Shown one piece after another: positions 24,994 through 34,453 of a stretch of DNA of 44,677 nt; position 1 is the stretch's first letter, and every line of letters starts with the position of its first letter. The notes under the pieces were generated by a model. The model searched no databases. It had not been told where the DNA came from and worked only from the letters and a program-made list of their open reading frames with translations. The position numbers and the translations under genes were made by a program. Source of the DNA: Octopus sinensis (Eukaryota); the NCBI RefSeq assembly GCF_006345805.1, contig NW_021834871.1, positions 1 to 44,677 on the forward strand. Direction: 5' to 3'.

Positions 24994-26105
24994 TTGTGTT
25001 AACAAACAAGATGAGGACAAATATCCGTCAAATGTAAATTATGTAAATAATGTACATAATTCCTCATCTCTTAAATATAGAACTGCACTATTATAATGTT
25101 CTTCACATGAACATTGCCGCAACATCCTCTTCGATCATCAAGCCTTTAAAGTTAGGAAAGTCGAAAACCCCGAAGAGAAGTGGGTGGGGGCAATTCAGGG
25201 TAAACAGATCTCAGTAAAGTATAAGGGGTCAGTAGTAATTGGTTTCTCTCATGTGAAAATATGGAAGTCAATAGTAGGATTGAGTGGCATAAATGGAACA
25301 ACCGTATGGAGCAGTAAATAACTCTACGAAGGACTTCTGCCCGAAACATTTGAATACTTGTCACGGCACACAAAATTTAATCTTACGAATTCTATTGTTC
25401 GTCTGTTTCTATTTCAATTCTTCCCAATAACCATGAATGAAGTCCATCAGTGGAACAACTGGAAATAGCTAAAAACAGCAGAGTAATAAAATTCTTTGTT
25501 GAGAACGACATAACGGCCATTTTGTGATGTTTCACCAAGTATAAAATTGAACATCACCGAAATAGTATAAATCTAACTTTATATTATGAAACCTGAATGT
25601 CTAAACATCGAAACTACTGAGTCATGGCAGTTTATCTCTTTTAACAGAAATTTATGGTTTAAAGACGCATCTTCATTGTTTTTTGTTCGTGTTCTTTTTT
25701 TTTATTTTTCTGTGCTCATCGATAAAATCTCGGCTGATATAAATTTGTAATGAGGCGACATATTCTATCTTTTCAACAAATATATGGAGTATAAAAGACC
25801 ACAAAACGTTTTAGTAGATAATTTAGAACAGTGTGGGTCCAGCTGGGAAAATAGTTAAAAGTTTTTGTTTAAGAAGCCCTGCAATTCATTGTTTTGTCCT
25901 CTCCAAACATTGGAGTTGCATCTCGCTAAATGAGAAACTAATATATTTACAATTCAATAATTATATATTCAATACTTATTCATCTTCCTCGACAAAATTG
26001 TTATTTTGTATTCCTGGTTATTTATCAATTTCTCACACTGGCGACATAAGATCACAATTGACAGATCCATGGAACTTCAGCCGTTCAAATTCAAAATATC
26101 ATTAC

Positions 26106-26412
26106 CCCTCCTTTGGAACGATTAAGGATCTCAGTTGATAGCGCCGGATTCTTGTCTCTGGATATAAAGGGACATAACTAAATATAGCAAGTTATATTTA
26201 TACCAATCCACCTTGCAGACTCACTTCCATTTAACAGTCTAACCTGATGCTTAAACTTCGAATAGGATCCGATAACAAAGCTGGAGATGTCGAATTCATA
26301 CTTCAAACAATTGATTTCAGTTCCATCTAAGTCATTCTATCAACCTTTGTAATTGTTTCACCATTTATTAGTCTTGGAGTAGTACAAGAAGTCGTAAATT
26401 CCCATGGCCATT
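26106..26412 (-). CDS. Weak candidate pair of coding exons (26225-26326 or -26412; 26106-26157)
   Basis: Donor A|gtgagt, a 67-nt intron with acceptor tccctttatatccag|, phase-compatible DGTEINCLKYEFDISSFVIGSYSKFKHQVRLLNG-K-TRIRRYQLRSLIVPKEG. The stronger upstream acceptor (26412) needs a 1-nt insertion to stay in frame. Confidence 0.3.
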
Positions 26413-26489
26413 CTAAATAACAGAATATTTTTTCCCAAAGTCAATATAGAAATATGAATTGATACACGGATTCTTTTGTGTGTCTTTTA

Positions 26490-26690
26490 TTCTTTTAGAC
26501 TGTGGCTATGCTGGGGCACTAGCTTCAAGAAGTTTTAGTCGATGAATCGCCCCCAGCACTTATTTCGTTTTAAAACTTTGTACGTATTATGTTGGTCTCG
26601 TTCGCCGAATCACTAAGTTACAGGGGAAGAAAAACAACACCGACTGTCAAGCGATGGTGGGTAACAGACAAACAGATAGGTAAATAGATA
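26490..26690 (-). mobile_element. Old SINE family A 3' fragment
   Basis: gactgtggctatgctggggcac, gccgaatcactaagttac and tgtcaagcgatggtggg. Confidence 0.7.
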
Positions 26691-26711
26691 GGGGAACACA
26701 GACGAAACAAA

Positions 26712-26782
<71 letters not shown>

Positions 26783-26845
26783 TGTATGTATGTATGTATG
26801 TATGTATCTATGTATGTATGTATATATATATGTATATACACATAT

Positions 26846-26876
<31 letters not shown>

Positions 26877-26884
26877 CATAATTT

Positions 26885-27007
26885 ATTATCTGCAAAATAT
26901 CCAACATATTATCTTACAGCTGTTTCAATTAACAATAGTTGCTATGTTAATCTTTAGGCTTAATAGAAACAGCTGTAAGGGAATATGTTGGATTTTTTGC
27001 AGATAAT
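26885..27007. repeat. Inverted repeat, 48-bp arms (4 mismatches), 27-nt loop
   Basis: attatctgcaaaatatccaacatattatcttacagctgtttcaattaa (26885-26932) pairs with 26960-27007. Confidence 0.9.
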
Positions 27008-27191
27008 TTTTTATTAAATGTTATATCTCCATTTCCTTAATTTTCTTTTGAATGATTATAAATCATGGTTAAAAAAGACCTATTATTTTATGAATATCAT
27101 CATTATTCACAACAAATACTAGGTGATGAACCAGTATTTCAGTGGATAGGCAAGTTTAACCTCTAACTGAATTGTATATATATATATATAC

Positions 27192-27244
27192 TCAAGATAA
27201 GCAACAAGAATATCTTCGGTAGATATTCTGGTTGCTTATTTTGA
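27192..27244. repeat. Inverted repeat, 24-bp arms, 5-nt loop
   Basis: tcaagataagcaacaagaatatct-tcggt-agatattctggttgcttattttga; on the plus strand, one G-U pair and one A-G mismatch. Confidence 0.9.
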
Positions 27245-27311
27245 TTATAATCCCCCCATGGATGGATAACACCATACAAAATCTAACTTAAGTACCATAT
27301 TCATTTGAATC

Positions 27312-27558
<247 letters not shown>

Positions 27559-27675
27559 ACATGTATTGAAATTTTTTCTGATTTTTCAGATTTTTTATAC
27601 GATAGGCTACTGGTTTTAAATTGATATTAATTAAATTAATATTCAATTTATCTCCCTCATTATATATATATAATA

Positions 27676-29646
27676 CCGAAAGGGTATGCTCCCACTTTCA
27701 GTGTTTTCAAATCCAAACCAGGGAGTTCTGACCTGATGATAGAAATGTCGACTTTGACTAATCTTGAAACGTACGTTCTCAAATAACCTTTGCACTTGAT
27801 TTTTTAATGTCTCTACCCCCATATTTGCGTGAGTTGAATTGAACAAACACTATATGAGAGAGGTTTTCTTTAAGTATTGGAAATAGTTTTTTAAAAAAGT
27901 TTTTTTTTTAGCTGCTATTTCTAATGAGTTCAGTATGCGGCAAAGTAATTTATTTTACTAAGCCCTTTTATATAATGTAATAATTTGAATTCGCCTTAAA
28001 TGGTCCCTTTGCATACTGAATACTTGGTGAAATTGATTAATTAATTAATTTTACCCTCAATTGTTGAAATTATAATTCATCTCTCTCTATATAATGCCGC
28101 GGATTTTACCGAAAAAAGCATAGTGTTTACTGATTTTAACCCACGCTGGTGGAAAGGGGAGAGCAGAAATTCTTCGCTTGCATTTTTGAGTTTGTTGGCA
28201 CTGTTAGTACGAGCAGATCTTCAGAAGCGAGAGGAAGCCGAAAGGGTATGCTCCACTTTCAGTGTTTTCAAATCCAAACCAGGGAGTTCTGAGCTGATGA
28301 TAGAAAGTCGACTTTGACTAATCTGAAACGTACGTTCTCAAATAACCTTTGCACTTGATTTTTTAATGTCTCTACCCCCATATTTGCGTGAGTTGAATTG
28401 AGCAAACACTATATGAGAGAGGTTTTCTTGAAGTATTGGAAATAGTTTTTTAAAAAAGTTTTTTAGCTGCTATTTCTAATGAGTTCAGTATGCGGCAAAG
28501 TAATTTATTTTACTAAGCCCTTTTATATAATGTAATAATTTGAATTCGCCTTAAAGGGTCCCTTTGCATACTGAATACTTGGTGAAATTGATTAATTAAT
28601 TAATTTTACCCTCAATTGTTGAAATTATAATTCATCTCTCTCTATATAATGCCGCGGATTTTACCGAAAAAAGCATAGTGTTTACTGATTTTAACCCACG
28701 CTGGTGGAAAGGGGAGAGCAGAAATTCTTCGCTTGCATTTTTGAGTTTGTTGGCACTGTTAGTTACGAGCAGATCTTCAGAAGCGAGAGGAAGCCGAAAG
28801 GGTATGCTCCCACTTTCAGTGTTTTCAAATCCAAACCAGGGAGTTCTGAGCTGATGATAGAAATGTCGACTTTGACTAATCTTGAAACGTACGTTCTCAA
28901 ATAACCTTTGCACTTGATTTTTTAATGTCTCTACCCCCTATTTGCGTGAGTTGAATTGAGCAAACACTATATGAGAGAGGTTTTCTTTAAGTATTGGAAA
29001 TAGTTTTTTAAAAAAGTTTTTTTAGCTGCTATTTCTAATGAGTTCAGTATGCGGCAAAGTAATTTATTTTACTAAGCCCTTTTATATAATGTAATATTTG
29101 AATTCGCCTAAATGGTCCCTTTGCATACTGAATACTTGGTGAAATTGATTAATTAATTAATTTTACCCTCAATTGTTGAAATTATAATTCATCTCTCTCT
29201 ATATAATGCCGCGGATTTTACCGAAAAAAGCATAGTGTTTACTGATTTTACCCCACGCTGGTGGAAAGGGGAGAGCAGAAATTCTTCGCTGCATTTTTGA
29301 TTGTTGCACTGTTAGTTACGAGCAGATCTTCAGAAGCGAGAGGAAGCCGAAAGGGTATGCTCCCACTTTCAGTGTTTTCAAATCCAAACCAGGGAGTTCT
29401 GAGCTGATGATTAGAAATGGTCGACTTGGACTAATCTTGAAACGTACGTCTCAAATAACCTTTGCACTTGATTTTTTAATGTCTCTACCCCCATATTTGC
29501 GTGAGTTGAATTGAACAAAACACTATATGAGAGAGGTTTTCTTTAAGTATTGGAAATAGTTTTTTAAAAAAGTGTTTTTAGCTGCTATTTCTAATGAGTT
29601 CAGTATGCGGCAAATTAATTTATTTTACTAAGCCCTTTTATATAAT
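27676..29646 (+). repeat. Tandem array of a ~556-bp unit, ~3.5 near-identical copies
   Basis: Landmark ccgaaagggtatg at 27676, 28238, 28794 and 29347; landmark atctctctctatataatgccgcgg at 28079, 28634 and 29191. Confidence 0.97.
28847..28899 (+). ncRNA. Hammerhead-like motif in the array monomer (also at 27729-27781, 28290-28340 and 29400-29453)
   Basis: TGAG CTGATGA T-AGA-aat-GTCG-actt-TGAC-taa-TCT-T GAAA CGTACGT T^CTCA: stem I TGAG/CTCA, palindromic ACGTACGT stem III, GUU site, imperfect stem II. Confidence 0.5.
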
Positions 29647-29679
29647 ATATATATATATATATATAATATATATATATGC

Positions 29680-29838
29680 ACGACGGGCTTCAGTTTCCAT
29701 CTACCAGTTCCTCTCACAAAGCTTTGCATGGTCTGAACATAGGCTACAGAAGAAAATACTAACCCAAGCTACCATTCAGTAGTACTGAACCCGAAACCAT
29801 GTGGTTGGGAAGCAAACTTCTTAACACACAACCATGCC
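29680..29838 (-). mobile_element. SINE family A head fragment
   Basis: actgaacccgaaaccatgtggttgggaagc. Confidence 0.8.
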
Positions 29839-30137
29839 TGTATCTGATGGATATTTTTATTCTTCGTCATTTTTCATTCGTTCTTTCCGGGAAGAGAGGG
29901 TTTTTCCTCTCATCCCTCCTTTCTCTGATCAATTGGAGAAGATTTAATGCCAAAAATTCTTCTCTTTTCCACAATTATTCTATGAAGACAATTCTATGAA
30001 GACATATTTTACTGTTCAATACTTTTATTCATTTTTTTTCAACTCTGACTGCTCTTCGTTAAAAGTTATATATGTGTATGCGTATATGTGTGCGTGTGTA
30101 TGCGTATATGGGTGCGTGTGTATGTGTGTGTGTGAAT

Positions 30138-30572
30138 AGGCGCAGACGTGGTATGCGGTAATAAGAAAGCTTCCCAACCACATGGTTCAGGGTTCAGTCT
30201 CATTACGTGGCACCTTGTGCAAGTGTTTACTACTACAGCCTCGGGCCGTCCAAAGCCTTGTGAGTGGATTTAGTAGATGAAACACTGAAAGAAACTTGTC
30301 CCCTCTCTCTCTGTGTACGTGTGTGTACGCGTATCGTGTGTGTGTATGTGTGTGTGTACGCGTGTGTGTGTTTGTCCTCTTCCGATTTGCATCCGGGTCT
30401 GGTGTGTTTACATCCTCGTAACTTATTGGTTCGGCAAAGGAGACCGATTGAATTAGTACCAGGCTTTAAAAACAGAAATGATAAACACTTTAGTCGATTC
30501 GTTCGATAAAAATACTTCGAGGTGGTGCCCCAGCATGGCCGCAATCTAGTGACTGAAACAAGTAAGAAAAAA
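30138..30572 (+). mobile_element. SINE family A, near full length
   Basis: ccaaccacatggttcagggttcagtc..gtggcaccttgtgcaagtg..ggttcggcaaa..gccccagcatggccgca. Confidence 0.85.
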
Positions 30573-30992
30573 GAGCTACATATATACGTATGTATATTCA
30601 TGTTTATGTGTATATATATATATATATATATGTTTATGTGTGTGTATATATATATATGTCTGTGTGTGTGTACGCGTGTGCGCTCGCGCGTGTTTTAAGT
30701 CGGAAAGACGGATTTGGTGTCTCTCGTTGATGAAGCACACATACCACGTCGTCTCCTATAGTTTTGTGACGTCGCTCTTAACCCAACTCAGTGTCTTTTA
30801 AGAAGAATTCCTCTTCAGCGCCAATTACTAAAACGAAAGTCTTTCCACATTTAAATGTACAAAATAATGTTAACTATAAATGTAAACAGATTTATTTTTA
30901 TCCTCACTGCTTTGCCTGCCTTGAAATAAATACTTCTTTTTTAATATCTGGCCTAGAGAGAGAGTGACCATTATTAATTTGTTTCCGCATTT

Positions 30993-31440
30993 TCGCACAA
31001 GGCCAGCAATCTCAGGAGGGAAGGGATGAGTCGATTACATCGACCCCAGTGTTCACCTGGTACTTATTTCATCTAGGCGGCGACCTGGCAGAAACGTTAG
31101 CACGGCGGGTGAAATACTTAGCAGTATTTCGTCTACCGCTACGTTCTGAGTTCAAATTCCGTCGAGGTCGACTATGCCTTTCATCCTTTCGGGGTCGATT
31201 AAATAAGTACCAGTTACGCACTGGGGTCGATATAATCAACTTAATCCGTTTGTCTGTCCTTGTTTGTCCTTTCTGTGTTTAGCTCCTTGTGAGTAGTAAA
31301 GAAATAGTTACTTATTTCATCGATCCCTAAAAGTTGGAAAGCAACATCGACTTTGGCGGGATTTGAACTCAAAACGTAGATGGACTAAATGCTGCTCAGC
31401 ATTTTCTCCAGCGTTCTAATGGTTCTGCCAGTTTGCCGCA
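30993..31440. mobile_element. Plus-strand SINE B (31074-31308) nested in an older minus-strand SINE B
   Basis: 13-bp TSD tacttatttcatc at 31061-31073 and 31309-31321; the host SINE resumes after the TSD. Confidence 0.9.
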
Positions 31441-32088
31441 GTATTACCGTCATCACATCCCTTTTCTCCTTTCACTATACTAGTTGTACTGAGTTGGAAA
31501 TGATTTCTGATCTCTTTGTTAAGAGACGAGGGTCTCAGAAAGATGTTATGAATTCTGCTAATTAATTTCCCTTTTGTATTTTGGAATTATTTTCTCGGAT
31601 AAGATTTACAAGTTACAATGTAATATTTCCCATGTTCTTTTAGCGCAGCATTGACATCGAAGCCAAGAAAACATTATAAAAGTGTTCTATATGAACCATT
31701 CTCGTACAAGGAGCTGAAATATGGACATAATTAACACAAAAGGCATTACCAAATAAATTACAAGAGTTCCAGATATGGGAATATAGAAGATTTATGATGA
31801 TAAAACTGACGACGCAAAACCAAGGATGGAGAATTAAGATGGACAAAAACAACGAAACTTTTATTAAACAGAAAACTAAAATATAATGATTAAAATAATT
31901 AACGAAAAACTAATTAATTAGAGAAAAACAGGGAGAAGAAAACCAAAAATTACATGAGCGACTAATTTCAAAAATTGGTCAAACTTGAAATGCTGTAAAT
32001 ATATGAAGGCGCTGAAGGGAAGAGGGACACGCCAATCCATAGTGATGGTACTTCGCCATCTTCTGGATTACCCGATCTTCAATTATTG

Positions 32089-32154
<66 letters not shown>

Positions 32155-32155
<1 letters not shown>

Positions 32156-32395
32156 GGTGGCGAGCTAGTAAAATCATTATCACGCTGGACAAAATGCTTA
32201 GCGGTATTTCGCCCGTCGCTATGTTCTGAGTTCAAATTCCGTCGAGGACGACTTTGCATTTCATCCTTCCGGGGTCAATTCAAATAAATACTAATTGAGT
32301 CCCGGGGTCGATGTAATCGACTATCCCGTTTTCCCTAAATCTCAGGCCTTGTGCTTATAATAGAAAGGACTACTATTATTATTATTATTATTTTA

Positions 32396-32474
<79 letters not shown>

Positions 32475-32695
32475 AAAGTCGGTGAGCTGCAAGAATCGTG
32501 AGTGCATCGGACAAAATGCTTATGGCCATTTCTTCAAGACCTTTACGTGCTAATCTCAAATTCCGACCAGGGTAACTTTGCCTTTCGTTCTTTCGGTTTC
32601 AATAGAAAAAGGTACCAGTGGGTCACTGAGATTGATGTAATCAACAAGCCACTCCTCCAAGATTTCAGGGTTTGTGCCTAGAGTAGAAAGGATTA
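32155..32695 (+). mobile_element. Two SINE family B copies separated and flanked by (ATT)n
   Basis: Heads at ~32155 (aaggtggcgagctag) and ~32478 (gtcggtgagctgcaagaatcg). Confidence 0.8.
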
Positions 32696-33413
32696 TTGTT
32701 GTTGCTGTTGCTGTTTTTAACTTTTGTATTACTTTTTATATTTTATATTTTATATATTTTATGTTTTATTTTTGTATTCTTTAAGTTATTCTTTTTCTTG
32801 ACATCCTTCCTGTTGTCATCGCCATTGCTATCGTTGTTGTTATTATTATCAGTGTTGCTATTCCTCTTACTGTCGCTACAGATATTGCTCCTCTTCTTGT
32901 TATTGTTGCTATCATTGGCTTTCATCTTCTCAACACCGTGGTTGTTGTTGTTGTTGCTGTTGTTGTTGCCGTCGTTGTTGTTGCTGCTACTGTTGTTGTT
33001 GTTAGTGTTGTTAATATTAAGTGTTGTAAGAAATAATTTAATAAACAAAATGAAGTTAATGGATTGAAATCCGATACGTTTCCGCCAAGTGTCACCAAAA
33101 TGATGGATTGAGAAAGGAGTGATTGTCTTATTGGATGGTCACCATCTTGTAGTGCCAGAATGGTCCCTGGAAGCCCGCCTTTCTCTTCGGGGTTCCCCAC
33201 TTTGGTAACTTGCTCCTTTTTGTAAGAATGGGATGATGAGGAGGAGGGTGGTGATGATGATGATCACGATGATAAGTTACAGCCTAAGACAGAAATCTGC
33301 GGCTGTGAAGCGAAATTACAAAAACAAGATGGATCACCAATATGGCGTTTTATTAAATATACTTAGAGAGGGATTGCAAAGTGGCGACATCTACTTGAAA
33401 TTGAATGCACAAC

Positions 33414-33588
<175 letters not shown>

Positions 33589-33732
33589 AGTGTGTGTGTG
33601 AGTGCCTGTGTGTCTATGTAGGTATGTATGCATGTATAAATATTAAGTACACATACATACACACATACGTTATATATATATCACATATGTGTACGTATAT
33701 ATATATATGCAGATATATATATATATTATATA

Positions 33733-33764
<32 letters not shown>

Positions 33765-33840
33765 CTGTGTGTATGCATATTTATAGATATAGTAAGCTTG
33801 TATGTATGTGTGTATATTTAGATATACATAGATATACTTA

Positions 33841-33872
<32 letters not shown>

Positions 33873-34069
33873 GCGTGTGTATATATACAGACATGCAGGA
33901 AGTAAGTAGACACCTTTAATTTTCAAAATTTCTGATCTAAGCGTCTTGATATGTTTTCAGTGGTGTAGAATTTACAATGTAATTATTCTTTTTCATTTCA
34001 GGTGCCATTGTATTAAGTATTTGCGAAGATTAACCATGCCACGCACAAAAAATTCAGCAGAACTGTCAG

Positions 34070-34084
<15 letters not shown>

Positions 34085-34107
<23 letters not shown>

Positions 34108-34285
34108 AGAACAAACAAGAAAAAAACAATAACGCGAGGACGTGGTATAAGTACTGTATTATCAGACGTTCAGGAAAGGAAGGAAAGAGGATTTAACGTT
34201 TCGAGCAAAGCTCTTCTTCAGAAATAAAAGGAATCCAAAGCAAGGGAAGACGGAGGAAGAAAATTGCCGATACACACGTGATTAC
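34085..34285 (-). mobile_element. ~200-bp hammerhead element next to (TA)n
   Basis: Homologous to 19146-19358 (aacaacgcgaggacgtgg, ccaaggaagggaagacggagg). Confidence 0.75.
34191..34225 (-). ncRNA. Minimal type I hammerhead ribozyme motif with all stems intact
   Basis: Minus strand ATTT CTGAAGA A GAGC-TTT-GCTC GAAA CGT T^AAAT. Confidence 0.75.
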
Positions 34286-34385
34286 ATTTTGAAATTACTA
34301 GAAGGGAACACACACACACACATATATATGTGTATGTTTGTGTGTGTTGTGTGTATGTATGTATATACATACAAATTTTAAGCCT

Positions 34386-34453
<68 letters not shown>

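Larger units (their letters stand above)
24569..25085 (-). mobile_element. Composite element: tRNA-like head + (AAT)n + hammerhead-bearing tail, with an inverted terminal copy of the tail
   Basis: Head 24993-24916, (AAT)n 24915-24838, tail 24720-24569 containing the HHR, and an inverted duplicate of the post-HHR segment at 24993-25085 on the plus strand. Confidence 0.75.

Noticed and set aside
27123-27170. C/D box snoRNA (GTGATGA...CTGA)
   Set aside because: Only 37 nt between the boxes, no clear C'/D' boxes or recognisable guide, and an imperfect terminal stem.
27676-29646. Tandem array as a CRISPR array, or its ORFs (27643-27846, 28123-28317, 28632-28913, 28704-28904) as genes
   Set aside because: The units are full-length duplicates without unique spacers, there are no cas genes and the context is eukaryotic. 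The ORFs are short and are not preserved between copies.
29978-30004. Short direct duplication attctatgaagaca x2
   Set aside because: Simple slippage duplication with no further structure.
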